Origin: Hemiscyllium ocellatum
Taxonomy: Eukaryota
Reading direction: 5' to 3'
DNA: 64,000 nt
NCBI RefSeq assembly: GCF_020745735.1
Contig: NC_083409.1
Location: forward strand, 9,723,534 to 9,787,533
In this document: piece after piece, positions 36,455 through 49,480 of the stretch
Numbering within the stretch: the stretch's first letter is position 1
Layout: each line of letters begins with the position of its first letter
Notes under the pieces: model-generated
What the model was told of the DNA's origin: nothing
What the model saw: only the letters and a program-made list of their open reading frames with translations
Databases searched by the model: none
Translations under genes and position numbers: made by a program

Positions 36455-36965
36455 TCATAGAATCCCTACTGTGAGGAAACAGGTTATTTGGCCCAACAAG
36501 TCAAACGTGGAGTTTGCACGTTCTCCCCGTGTCTGCGTGGGTTTCCTCCGGGTGCTCCGGTTTCCTCCCACAGTCCAAAGATGTGCGGTCAGGTGAATTG
36601 GCCATGCTAAATTGCCCGTAGTGTTAGGTAAGGGGTAAATGTAGGGGTATGGGTGGGTTGCGCTTCGGCGGGTCGGTGTGGACTTATTGGGCCAAAGGGC
36701 CTGTTTCCACACTGTAAGTAATCTAAAGTCCACACTGATCCTTGGAAGTGTAACCAACCCAGGACCCAATCTCCTATCCTATTATCCTACTTTTCCCCTC
36801 CCTGATCATTATGGGTAATTTAGCATGGCCAATTCACCTAACCTGCTTGTCTTTAGATTGTCAGAGGAAACCAGAGTACCCAGAGGGAACCTACGCAGAC
36901 ATGGGAAGAATGTGCTAACTGCAGACAGACAGTTGCCTGAGGCTGGAATCAAACCCGGGTCCAAA
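36455..36965. mobile_element. Minus-strand HE1-type SINE with a 5'-truncated plus-strand HE1 (36507-36727) nested inside
   Basis: The reverse-complement SINE tail (36455-36505) and body (36730-36965) flank a young plus-strand copy. AAGTC lies on both sides of the insert. Confidence 0.75.
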
Positions 36966-36969
36966 CACT

Positions 36970-38995
36970 CAGAAAAGCCTTGACTTCACTCCAGCCTCTG
37001 CCTCCACTTCTGCCCATCCCACTCTGCAACCAAGACTGCAACTACATTTCCCAGGGTTACCCCTGAGTCCTACTGCCTACCTGCAGCCAGCCAGCACATT
37101 CGCTCTTCCTCCTCACCCATACACCCCCACAGTGCACCCTCTCCCTCCACTTCTCCCTCTTCACTTCATCCCCACCTTCCCACTCCCCCCTCCTCACTCC
37201 ACTACAAACCTCCGCCCCAATCTCCTTTCTCTCCCTCACCCATTCCCCCATGCTACATCACAACCACCCCTCGCCCACCACATGCCATCACCCTTTCTCC
37301 CCAAAAACTCCACCCCGAGCCTTGTTACATATTTACTATGCATCCCGACCACAAACATTCTGAGGCCAAAAGGTCCATTCTCATGGAAGGACTCACATTC
37401 ATTCCCCTGTGCCTCCACCTCAACAAATCCCACACCATCCAGGATGTGGAGCTCTTTTGCCACCTCTACCTCCGTATCTTCTTCTTTAACACAAACTCAC
37501 AACCTCCCTCTGAGGACCCCTACTCCTGCCTCCAATGTTCCTCCTCTGCTTGGTCACGACCCTGCTCCCCCTCACCCTCAATAACTTTTACTTTAACCCC
37601 TCCCATTTCCTTCAAATCCAGGGGGTGGCCATGGGCACCCAAATGGGTACCAGCTACTTCTGCCTCTTTATCGACAGTCCCTCTTCAGTATCTACACAGG
37701 CTCTGTTCCCCAACTCTTCCGCCATTACATCAATGACTGCATCAGTGCAGCATCCTGCACTCAGGCTGAACTGGAACAGTTCATTGACTTCACCCACAAC
37801 TTTCACACCATCTTCAAATTCCCTTGGTCCATCTTGGACACCTCCCTCCCCTTTCTTGACCTCTCCATTTCCAATTCTGGTGACAATCTTCGGACAGACA
37901 TTTACTACAAAGCCACAGATTTCCATATCTAACTGGACCACACCTCATCCCATTCAGTATCCTGCAAGAACTCCATCCCATTCTTCCAATTCCTCTGCCT
38001 CCTCCCCATCTGCTCTGATGAGGAGACCTTCCACTGATCATAGATGTCCACCTATTATGAACAACGTGCTTTTCCTCCTTCTGTCATCCAACACACTCCT
38101 CCCTTTCCCACTCCACTGCTCTTAATCCAGCCCCCTCCAAACACAATTAAAACAGAGTCCCCACTGTCCTCACCTATCAGCCCACCAATCTCCGTATCCA
38201 AAACATCATCCTTAAACACTTCTGCTAACTCCAACTAGACCACACCACCAAATACATCTTCCTCTCCCCACCACTGGATGCCTTCCATAAGGACCGTTCT
38301 CTTTGACAATTCTTGGTTTGCGTCACTCTCCCACCTACCCTCCCGAACCCCAGGTACCTTCCCTGCTACTCAAAACGATGCAAAGCCTACTGGTACCCTA
38401 ATCCCTCACCTCCATCCAGGGCCCCAAGCAGTCCTTTCAGGTGAGACAGAGGTTCACCTGCCTCTCCTCCAACCTAATTCACTGCACCAGGTGCTCCCAA
38501 TGTGGTCTTCTCTACATCGGGAAGACCAAACATAAAGTTAGGGAATGGTTCACCGAGCATCTTAGCTGGGCCCGGAGGGGCTGACTTTACCTCCCAGTCA
38601 CTATCTATTTTAATTCCCCTTCCCACTCCCTTTCTGAAATGACCATCCTTGGCCTCCTCCATTGGCACAACAAACCAAACTGCAAATTGGAGGAACAACA
38701 CCCCATATTACGCCTGGGCGGCTGACAGCCCAGAGGACTCAACATTGAGTTCTCCAATTTCATATAACCACCCTTCCCACTCCCCTGTCTCCCTTCCAAA
38801 TCTCTCTCCCTCCCTTCCACTCCTTCCTGCCAGCTACCACATTCATTCCTCCCATTGACCAACCAGGTCATAACTTCTACCTGTCATCACCAATCCCCAC
38901 TTCATCATCCCGTCCCTGCCACCCCCTTTATCTTAGCTCTCCCTACACCCAGCCCCCCCCACCCCCATTCCTGAAAAAGAGTTACACACCGAAAT
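36970..38995 (+). mobile_element. Decayed Penelope-like element (RT plus GIY-YIG)
   Basis: RT motif FLQIQGVAMGTQMG, frameshifted YINDC, LPFLDLSIS and GIY-YIG-like CSQCGLLYIG.TK. The 3' end carries a degenerate hammerhead core at ~38968-38998. Confidence 0.85.
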
Positions 38996-39003
38996 GTCAA
39001 CTA

Positions 39004-39627
39004 GGGTGGCACGGTGGCTCAGTGGTTAGCACTGCTGCCTCACAGCACCAGACACCTGGGTTCAATTCCTGCCAGTCTATGTGTAGTTTGCACATTCTCC
39101 CCGTATCTGCCTGGGTTTCCTCCGAGTGCTCCAGTTTCCTCCCATAATCCAAAAATGTGCAGGTCAGGTGAATAGGCTGTGCTAAACTGCCCACAGTGTT
39201 AGTCAGGGGTAAATATTGGGTAGAGGAATGGGTTTGGGTGGGTTGCTCTTTGGAGAGGTGGTGGAGACTTGTTGGGCTGAAGGGCCTGTTTCCACACTGT
39301 AGAGAAGGGGGCAGCATGGTGGCTCAGTGGTTAGCACTGCTGCCTCACAGCACCAGGGGCCCAGGTTTGATTCCAGCCTTGGATGTCTGTCTGCGTCGAG
39401 TTTGCACATTCTCCCTGTGTCTGCATGGGTTTTCTCCGGGTGCTCTGGTTTCCTCCCACAGTCCAAAGATGTGCAGATCAGGTGAATTGGCCATGATAAA
39501 TTGCCCATCGTGTTAGGTGCATTAGGCAGAAGGGAAATGGGTCTGTGTGGGTTACTGTTTGGGGTCAGTGTGGACTGGTTGGGCTGAAGGGCCTGTTTTC
39601 ATACTGTCGGGAATCTAATCTAATCTA
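39004..39627 (+). mobile_element. Two tandem HE1-type SINEs (39004-39303, 39307-39627)
   Basis: Two consecutive head-V-domain-tail units. Confidence 0.9.
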
Positions 39628-40494
39628 CTCCGCTGCCTGGCTTGCTGTGTTCCTCCAGCCTCCTGTCTATCTACATTGAATGGAAACAGCAGGAAAGGGC
39701 TGAACAATCAAGTATCAGGGACATTAACAAATGGGACATGAAACAGATAGATGCATTGAGGTGGTCATTCACAAAGAGAAAACCAAACTGGAAATGAAAC
39801 ATTCAGACACAGTGGACCGAATTTAATATCAGAAAATGTGAGACCATGCACTTTGTCAGAATAATCTAAAGGCCGACTAGTATTTAAATTGTGAGAGATT
39901 CCAAAAAGTGCAGTACAGAGTGATCTGGATGTTCTTGTGCATGGGACACTGAAAGTTAGTGCAGGTACAGCAAGGAATTGAGAAGGCAAATGGAATTTTC
40001 ACCTTTATTGCTGGGGGTTGGAATTTAAAAGTAGAGAAGTCTTGTTAAAACTGTGCAGTGTGTTAGTGAGCCTCCATTTGGATTATTGTGTGCAATTTTG
40101 GTCCCTGTATTTAAGAAAAGATGGACAGCCATTGGAGTCTCCCTCCTGCTCCTATTTCCCATGTCCTTGTGTGCTCCAGTGTCCTTCCCTCACAGCAGAG
40201 CTGGCTGGAGCCTGCCTGCAGTAACAGCCTCCAGTCTCTGGGTGGTGCTGCCAAAAGATCTGCCTGGCCCAAGCTGTCACAGTTCCCACGTTACAATAAT
40301 GTCAGAAGTATTCCATTGGCTGCAAAACATTTTCAAACATCTTACGTTCAAGGATGGTATAACAGAAAGATAATTCTCTCTCTTTTTATATTTTATCTCC
40401 ATGCCTTCCCACCTATTACCTAACAACATTCTACACTTGTGTCAAATCCAGAATAAATCATGAATCTCTGGGAGAGCTTAATCTATGACAACAC

Positions 40495-42660
40495 TGGGAT
40501 TAATGACCACATCCTCAGTGGGCTTTGTGGGTGAAGGTCAATAGCAGTCTCATTGTGACTTGATCTGAGTTGGTCTGAGTCAGTCAGTGTTATTGTTCTG
40601 GGTAGAGACAGTACTGACCAACTTCAGACCCTGTGATCTGCTTGAGACGAAGGGTTATCTGTGCAGGGCTTTCACACATGGCTCACTCACATAGTGAAGC
40701 AGGGATTCCCCATTTTGCAAGAGTAAATGGAACTAACAAACTGGGTGGGCATGACACCCCCACCCTGTCCCCTGAGAGTGGGGACAGGAACAGTAATGTT
40801 CTCAGAGAGAAAGGATGGTAAAAATGGTACCCCACAGAGAGAGAGAGGACAGGAAGCATGACACTCCCCAGAGACAGGCAAACAGTATCTGTCTGCTCCC
40901 CACTTTCGTGTTGTGACATATGTCGTTGGGAAATGGGTTTGGTTTATATTTTCTCAATTGTATTTAGGTTTGATGAGGTGATTTGGTAACAATGATTCCA
41001 ATTCCATATTTTGTGTGGCAGCCGATCTACTGAAGGTCATCCTTTCATTTGAAGGTTGCCCAGGTTTCTGTCCAGGCTGATGCAGTATGGTCTACAGTGC
41101 TGCTCCTATTGGGCTAAACCATCACACACGAGGGAATCTGACAGACACCTTCTCTTTGTGCTGGCAAAGGGAGAGATTTGTTTATACTGTAATTGCGGCC
41201 AAAGAAATTAGTTAGTGGATGTAATTCCAGCTGAATATAATGTTCTGATGTTCATGATGGGATTAATCACGACAGTTCCCACTTGCCTTTACACTGATGG
41301 TGGAACAGGAAGTCACCACGCAGTGATCTCCTGGCTCACACTGAGAAACAAAGTTGATGGTATAACTGCAGAGAGCAAGACAATGGCTTGGACTCACCGA
41401 ACAACCAGAGGCTTCAGCCAACAACTGGGTCACAGACAAATGGAGTGTGTAAACGCTCAGTATCTCAGGGAACAAACACAACTACTGAGTTACAAAACTG
41501 AACAGGACTTTTTATGAAAATTGGCATTCCAAAAATAAATTCCAAACACAATATGTGTAAAAATTGAGTGCAATCTCATTACAAAGACTACATCATTTTC
41601 ATTGAAAGCTGGACGATAATGAGATGAGAATTCAAACAACCACCCACTCCATCACACGGTGTTCTCATCATAACACATTTGCAAGCCTCTTAAAACATGG
41701 AAGGAGAGGGAAACATTGCAAACTATATTACCATGAGTGAGGATCCATTAAAAACTAGGATCATGATGTTAAATGCTCCCAGCCATAAACAACACTGATG
41801 CATTCACATCATTAGTTTGTTAAATGATGTTAAAAAGTCTGCCAACCACTTTCATGAAGAAGGAATATTTAAATCTCAAGAGGCATTGATGACTTTTTTT
41901 CAGGACTATAGCAAGGAAGCAGCAGCTGACATATGAACTCCAACAAACTAATGATAATAGGCACTGAATCCAGAGCAGGCCCCTGAGAGAGAGAGAAAAA
42001 TCAACAGCAGAGATCTGTCCAGTGCTGGGAGCATTTTAGACAAGACACCTTGTTGCCAGCAAGTTACTGCAGCTTGAAAGCTCCAGTAGGTTCAGAAAGA
42101 GAAAAAGGACATTGTGCAGATTGTTGAACAGGCCCCTACACCTGGGCCTGAGGCAGGAGCCCAAGCTCCAACACACTGGCCTCACTTCACACCAACCTTC
42201 ACACAGTGCGGGGTCATGAACTCCGGCCATCAATCCCTCGGGGACCGGGACGGAGTGAGGGAACAGGGACAATTGTAGAAGAGTCAATAAGGAGTAAAGC
42301 AAGATGGAGAGGGTGTGTTGGAAAGGGGTGAGAGGAGGAAATATACTTTGTGCCACTCAGTACAGACATCATCTACGTGTATCACAGAATGAACAAACAA
42401 AAGTCACATCAAAGTACTTTTCTTATCACAGGGGACATTTTCATTGTAGTGTGATAAGTACCCTACTTCTGAAGCTGTAGACTCTCTCTATGGGTCTCTC
42501 CAGATTGAGCCTGTTCGCTCCAAGCAAGGCCCCAGTTTATTTTTTACTGATCAGGGACAGTGAAGCAGCTGCCCTCTAGTGGCGAGAGAGAGCTTGCACG
42601 GCTGCTGAGGATTATGGGTAAAGTCCCCTTCCATTCGCGCCCACACAAACCAGCAGCCAC
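40495..42660 (+). repeat. Distal 3'-flank block of cluster 1, inverted homologue of ~55505-57105
   Basis: Matching sub-blocks: 40500-40740 vs 57105-56860, 41030-41180 vs 56545-56385, 42109-42372 vs 56070-55808, and 42500-42610 vs 55674-55562. Confidence 0.9.
42566..42583 (-). promoter_or_regulatory. CTCF consensus motif (reverse orientation)
   Basis: The minus strand reads GCCACTAGAGGGCAGCTG. The core CCACTAGAGGGCAG fully matches CCASYAGRKGGCRS. Confidence 0.65.
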
Positions 42661-45439
42661 TTCAGCTGCTTTATTGAAAACCACAAGCTTTAAGGCGCTG
42701 TTCTTTCAACGGTGGAACTGGACACACGATCAAACGAGTTAGGGACAAATGAAGGAGATTCATCCTCTTCAGCCTGCTCCCCATGGCTGACCTGATTATT
42801 CACCTTCTTACCTTACTCTGACAGATTTTTGAGAAGCAATGACTGTCTACTTCTTCACTACAAGCATTCAGAGGTTTCAATTTCAATTCCAAAGACCTAT
42901 GACCTTTGCAAGAAATCAAAACCCTGCTCATCTAGGTCTTAAATGAGGGAACTTATTTTAGTTTTATATTCTCCCTGAAAAGGAAGCATTCTTTTCACAT
43001 CCACGCTGTATTCTATGCTCTTGTTGATATGACATCTGCTTTAATCAGCTGCTCTCCCATGAGAACAGCTGCCCATCCTGCCACCTTCAATGACTGATGC
43101 ACAGAAACATCCAGGTCCTACTGCCCCTACACCCACCCATACTTGTACCCTTTAGTTTGTTTTGTCTCTTCACGTTTTTCTTCCAAAATGAATCAGTGAT
43201 ATCTCTTTGTATTACATTCCATCTGCGACCATTTGTTCATTCCATTACCTATACCCTTTTTGAAGTTTGACACTATCTTTTTCATGATTCGTAGTAGATC
43301 CATCAGCAAATTTTGAAACCATGCCTTGTGCACTCAGATTTAAATATTTTAAGTAATTTTTAGAATGAACTATTTTATAAACTATTTTAAATCAAGCTTC
43401 AAATTTATTGCCCATCTCTAGTTGCTTGGACTGAGTTCTGAGCCAGATCATGGGGCCGTTAAGAATGAATCGCGTCACTGTGTGGGACTGGAGTCACAGA
43501 CCGGGTGATGGCTGGGTTCCCTTGTCCAAACTACATTCATGAACATGACATTGAGTTTCATTGTTTTTTTGTTCAGATTCTAGCGCCTTCCTTCCCAGAT
43601 ATTACATGGCTCACCACCACCCTCTCCAGGACAATTAGGGAAGTGCAACAAATAGCCGCCACTTTTGTGTCCGCCCATCCCAGGAGAAATCAAAATAAAT
43701 GAGATACACTTCAAATGATCAAACTGATGAGGCTTCAACTCATCTCTTTGAAAAAACTGGAGGCTTTCCCAGAAATAAGCCATGACATGGGTGACCCTGG
43801 TTTGTCAGACTGAAAGGTGGAGTGTCCTTCGGATTGACACTGGGATCAGACACAAAACGAATTACACTCAAAGACCGAACACACGGCTATCAAAGCGGGT
43901 CACCAAACTGCAAAGAGCAGCAATTTATCTGGAAGAACTCAATAGGCATCAGTGATTATCAGAGCATTCGGCAAGCAAGTGTCAGATATTGTTGAACACA
44001 CCAGAAACACAGTCACACAGAAAGAGAAGCTATTGGGATAGAGCAGGGAAACGGGAAAAACTGAATTTCTCCACTGAGAGCTGGAAGGAGTTTTCTCGGT
44101 TGTAACTCCTCTGAGAATGATAAAGATTGAAGGGCCGTTTATATTATAGACAACACTGCAGCGCGCAAGAAAGGATGTCGAGTAGCAGATCTCCTTTAAA
44201 TTGGAAACAATATCAGAAATAAAGGTCAATGTGATTTTGGATTAAATATTCAGAGTGAGGAGATGGAGGGGAGAGTGACCATGGCAGCTGTCCTGAAGAA
44301 CGGTTAGGTCATGGCTAGAATGGTGCACAGTTAGGGGCTGCTTTGAGGGACAATACATAATGGGTCATGGTCAGGGGATCTAGGGTCACAAGAGATGTGC
44401 AGGCTAGCAAATGGAAAATGCCATGGAAAATGCAGGATTACGGGAATAGGGTGGGGGAGGTGTGGGTCCGGGTGGGATGGCCTTCAAAGGGTCGGTATAA
44501 GCTTGCTGGGCTGTGTGGCCTGCTTCCACTCTGTAGGAATTCCTCAATTCTGTGATTCTATGAAGGCCAGAACAGGATCTCGACAGTGGAGGGAGGGTAT
44601 TCTGATGTTCAAAAATTCTTCAACAAATAAACACAGTAAATATAGATTTAATATCAGTGCAGACAAACTGAAAGGCAAAATGACATTTTCTCCCATCACA
44701 TACCAGGTACAGAAAAGAGATCAGGAAAACCATTTTGATGCAGTTATTGGAATTGAATGATGAATGATGATAAACAGAGTACTCCATTCAAAAAAAAGAC
44801 AGAATTACTTTTTAGAATTTCACCAGGCCTGAAGCAAAAGAGGAAATCAGGATCAAAGAGTCATATGAGAATATAGTACTTGGGTGAGATAAAACCCTTT
44901 CTGTGAAAACATTTCATTTTGCCTTGCTTTCTCTCCATGGATGCTACCTGACCCGCTGGGATCTCCATTCTTTTGCTGCGCTATTTCTTACAAATTGTCT
45001 TGTTGTGTGCAAGACAAAAGCTTTAACAAAATGTCTCTTTTTTTTAGCAACACTTGACTTTGGATCAGTTTGGAGAGAAAGCAGGGCCATGGAATCATCT
45101 TTCCCTGCAGGGAGGGAGGGAGTGTGTGTAGAATCTCCCATGGGCAGGGTTCTCCTGGCTGCCACCACATCAGGAAGGCTGGAGCTTGATGATCGAGCTG
45201 AATGGACAGGGCTCACTCTCACAGTCCTCAGGGCCATGGAGCCTCTTGTGACGGGAGCATCTGCTTGGTGTCAGGGCAGACAATGACATTGCAGTGGGAT
45301 TAGAAATGGGACAACTCGACAATGGATGCTGCACAATGGCTGCACTGACTCTTCCTCTCTGACTGATCCCTCCCCACACACAGGAGGAGTTGCATTAGGA
45401 ACCTGTTCTAAAGGGCTACAGCCCACTGCAGCACTCCCG

Positions 45440-46150
45440 ACCTGCAAAGAGAAGAACACTTCTACAAAGACTTTTGCCAAGAACAGATATTCCCGCAACT
45501 TCATCCACAGATGCATAACAGAAAAACAACGCAATGGGGACATGCCATGAGCTAACTCACTAGCCACACTACCTTATATAAAAACATCACAGTACTCCAA
45601 CCACTCAAACGGCCCAGAAACTGACAGCCACGCTCTGACAACCCACGAGAACAAAAGGCCCAATACCTACCGTGTGAAAGACAGATGTAATTTACAAGAA
45701 TCCATGCAACGTTTGCACTAACTACCTCGAACAAACAGCCAGACAACTAGCCATCCGCATCCATGAACACCAACGAGCCACTAAACCCCATGAGCAGCTG
45801 TCCCGAGTAGCTATACACACAGATGACAAGGACCACAAATTCGACTGGGCCAACACTATGATCATAGGACAAGCTCAACAGAGGACAGCCAGAGAATTTC
45901 TAGAAGCATGACACTTATCCATGGGCTCCATCAATAAGCACATTGACCTAGACCCAGTATACCGACCACTGCAACGAACATCAGGAACCAATAACCGGAA
46001 ACAGCAGGAATCGAACCAAATAAATTCCAGAAGACACAGCACAACAGCACTTCACAGGAAGCACCAAAGCTCTGAAGATGTCACCGAGACAGGGGACAAA
46101 ATGTTTACAAATCAACTTCCCAGCTCGGTGGGCGTACCCACAACTACAGC
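45440..46150 (+). mobile_element. Penelope-like 3' remnant of a second family
   Basis: KNRYSRNFIHRCI and HKFDWANTMIIGQAQQRTAREFLEA (GIY-YIG C-terminus). Hammerhead-like CTGAAGA-T-GTCACC/GGGGAC-aAAA at 46072-46105. Confidence 0.75.
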
Positions 46151-47820
46151 AAGGGGGGTGGGGGGTGGGTGTGGGGGGTGTGGGTGGTGGTTCCTGTCCT
46201 ACAGTGCTCTCCCAAACCTTACCTGCCATCTTCACAGTCAGATCTTCATGCCCCTTACTACACATGGAATTGGACTGCCTGGTCCTGAGTCTTATAACAT
46301 CCTTCTGGGACAAAGTCTCCAGGTATCTCTGCACCTCCCTGATGTGTCACCAATACTTTCAACTCAGCCTCCAGTCGAAACACCCAGTGTGGGAGTTGTT
46401 GTAGATTTATGCATTCACTACAGATGTATTTAACCTGAGTCATTTTAACTCAATAAAGAAATGTTGATCCCATTTACAAATGAAAGATATCCATTCCTCT
46501 GTTAAACCAGTAATTGTCTTCAGTATCTGAATTAAAGTTTTAGTGCTTTCCATTTATTGACCCTCCCGAATTGGGGTGTCCCGAAGCAGTACAAGACGAC
46601 ATGAGGATACAGATGGGCTGGGAGGGTCCGATGGGCTGATCAGTAACAAGTGGAATTCATTCAGATAAATGTGAGTCAGTGGACTGAGCTCCCCCTGACC
46701 ATGTGAGTGAGGTGAGGGCAGAGTGACAGCACTTGACACCAAGGCCTCTTTGATGGTGTGTGGCATCAAGGAGCCCGAGCAATGCAGCAGCTTTTCACCT
46801 GCTATTCCAGGGAAGGGATCAACATCAGGATCCCTCCGAGCAACTCCTGGGAATTCTGTCATCCCAAAGGGACACGTCCTCCTCCTCAGTTCCCACAAAC
46901 AGCAGCAAGTCAGCCACACACTGTCCAAACTGTTTGGGGGAGCTGACCTGAACTCTCACAGCCCTGTGCCATGCTCTGCTGGAAGATGGAGGGACTATTG
47001 GGGAGTCCTCGGCACAGGCAGCTCCATCAATATTGTTGGTCTTTAAACGTGAAGGTGAACTTGTCCTGGTCCTCAGCCCTCCCTGCCCCGATATGGACTA
47101 GAACATGTTCAAAATGACCAACTGTGGAATGACCCACTGCCAGTCCGACAGCAATGAGCCAATCTGCTCTGAACACTCCCTGAGTGAGCTCACTCCATTA
47201 TGTTCAGATACACTGCCATTGAGTGCCCAGGGAGCCCACCCTTACACTCTCTGGTTTTGATAGCCCTCCCATCACAGAATCCCCCCGTGAACCCCTTCAG
47301 TTCGTTCACCACCGGAGGGGGCTGGTCTCAGTGGTTTTGATGGACGCATCTGTGGGTGAGATATAATGATATATAACTCAATATGTTCCCTATTCCCCAC
47401 CCACAGACGTATGGACACAGGCTCTTATCCATTCATCATACACTATCAGGCACAGGTATTCAGAATGGGTACTGCCCCTTCAGAGCACCCCCATGGTGGA
47501 TGGAGGGTTATGGAGAGAAAGGTTCCCTCCCCACTCCGGGTTTGGACCTTTCCCATCTACACTCTGAGTTCAGCTCACTCTCAACATGATTCTTCAATCT
47601 TTCTGAACTCCAACATACCTTCCTTCTTTCCTCCATTTATTGGGGATGATTTTCTCAGGGCCCTGCATTCCTGCTGAAAGTGCCCTTCTGTCCCTAACTG
47701 TAGTATTGCCCTCCTGCTCCCGGGACCCCATTGCCCCCTCTATTCTCCCCCTCGTGTTCCGTGCCTTGAGGGTGGAGGGTTTCAATTCACACACCTTTTC
47801 CCTGAGGCTTCAGCTCGGGC

Positions 47821-48616
47821 CATTTCCAAAGCACACACGAGACAGAGACTGAATCTTCTTCATCTTTATTCCCTTTTCCAGATTGACATTGACAGAAAAC
47901 AGTCAGCAATTAACAGCCCAGACAGAGGAAGCTGCTCAAATTCACAGCCACAATGGAGCTTGAGGAAAACACTTGTGGAGATTTTCTCAATAACCTGAGA
48001 ATCCTGTCCCTTTAAACAGTGACAAAACCTTATATTGGAACTGGTGGCTGAGCAGGAAGGAGATCTGGTTTACTGAAGCAGAGACTTCTGAGGTTCACAT
48101 TGTTTTTATACAGCTCACAGTTTTCAATCTTTGAAAGGTTATGCTTGTTATTACAAGTTAACACTGTCCCCAACAAACAGTCTCCTGGACAGGGACAGAA
48201 TAGGGTCAGATACAGAGTAAAGCTCTTTCCGTACTGTTCCCACCAAAGACACCCAGGACAGGGACAGGATAAGAAACAGAATAAAGCTGTCTCCACACTG
48301 TCCTCGTCAAACACTCCCAGGACAGGGACAGCACTGGTTGGGAACAGAGTGAAGCTCTCTCTATAGTGTCACAGTAACCTGCCTTAACCCCTGAACCTCA
48401 GAGTCTCCCAGAGGCCAGTCTCAAGAAGGAAGAGAGTTGAAATTCAGTGCTGACAATGACCTTTGTCCTGCCAGCTCAGCCCTGTTCTATTTAAAGTTGT
48501 GTCTCCTCTGTGGACTGTCTCAAACACATTACACACATTCTGATCTCCTGATGCTCTTGCGAGGGGAGAGGAGAAGGTCACATGGGTGGGGGCACAGGAG
48601 AAATGAGTGTTGGACT
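47821..48616 (-). pseudogene. Truncated kappa C pseudogene C2 (last ~29 codons plus 3' UTR)
   Basis: 48616-48529 aligns to the C1 3' end (...SIRRSECV*) with 8 substitutions and a 1-nt deletion. The acceptor and first ~80 codons are missing, with intron-derived sequence joined directly to the remnant. The 3' UTR and AATAAA are homologous out to ~47821. Confidence 0.9.
48160..48375 (-). repeat. Three units of a ~64-68-bp repeat inside the C2 3' UTR (single unit in the C1 and C3 UTRs)
   Basis: AAGCT anchors at 48220, 48284 and 48352. The minus-strand unit GAGCTTTACTCTGT...CTGTCCCTGTCCTGGGAGTGTTTGA.G.GGACAG matches C1 34470-34530. Confidence 0.8.
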
Positions 48617-48994
48617 GGCAAAAGTATCATTTTGAACATTTGTATCCAATACCCAACAAACCCGATGTTTTTTAAATTCCCTTTTATTGTGGACATTGAA
48701 GTCCCCCACCCAGAGTACATTCTGTGCCCTCACCACCCTCAGAGCTTCCTCCAAGTGCTATTCAACATGGAGGAGAGATTGACTCATCAGCCGAGGGCGG
48801 ACAGAACATGGTCATCAGCCAGAGGTTTCACAGAATCAGAGAATCATACAGTGTAGGAGAGGTCCCTCATCTGATCATGTCTGTCCCACCAAGGCAAAAC
48901 TAAAGCTACTCTCCATCAGCTTTCCAGAACTGGGTCCAAAGAATTGAATGTTCGGATATTTCAGGTGCCCATCCAGGTATTTTCTAAAAGGTAT

Positions 48995-49480
48995 ATTTGT
49001 TAAATATTGACCAAGACACCATGGGGATCTGCTCTGCTCTTCTAATAGTGGCATGGCATCTTCTACTGCACCCTGAGAGGGCAGACATCAGAACATCCCA
49101 TCTGAAAGATAGTCTCTGAGCACTGAACCTCTGACAGTGTTGCGCTCCCTCAGTATTGACACACCAGCAGTGCAGCACTCCCTCAGCATGAACTATCTGA
49201 TAGTGCAGCACTCCCACGGTATTGACTTTCTGACAGTGCGGAATTCCCTCAGTACGAACCCTCTGACAGTGTGGCACTGTCTCATTACTGACCTTCTGAC
49301 AGTGCAGCACTCCCTCAGTACTGACCCATCATTAGGGCAACACTCCCTCAGTACTGACCCTCCAATAGTGTGGCACTCCCTCAGTACTGTCCTTCTGACG
49401 TGCTGCATTCCCTCAGTACTGACCCTCTGACAGTGCTGCACTCCCTCAGCGCTGCACTGCACTCTCAGCCTTGATAATTT
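48995..49480 (+). repeat. DeuSINE (SacSINE1-like) fragment with an internal 33-bp minisatellite of about 10 copies (49108-49460)
   Basis: Deu-domain-like TGCTCTTCT..ATAGTGGCATGGCATCTT...CTGAGAGGGCAGAC, followed by the unit CACTCCCTCAGTACTGACCCTCTGACAGTGCAG with anchors at 49143, 49176, 49209 ... 49439. The family name comes from my recollection of the consensus. Confidence 0.75.

Noticed and set aside
37132-38125. 150-196-aa ORFs as host genes
   Set aside because: They are frameshifted pieces of the Penelope RT remnant.
42036-42356. Similar Cys-rich ORFs at 42036..42356 and 55811..56113 as a small duplicated gene
   Set aside because: An indel shifts the frame between copies, the starts and ends differ, and there is no recognisable domain. 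It is treated as conserved non-coding DNA.
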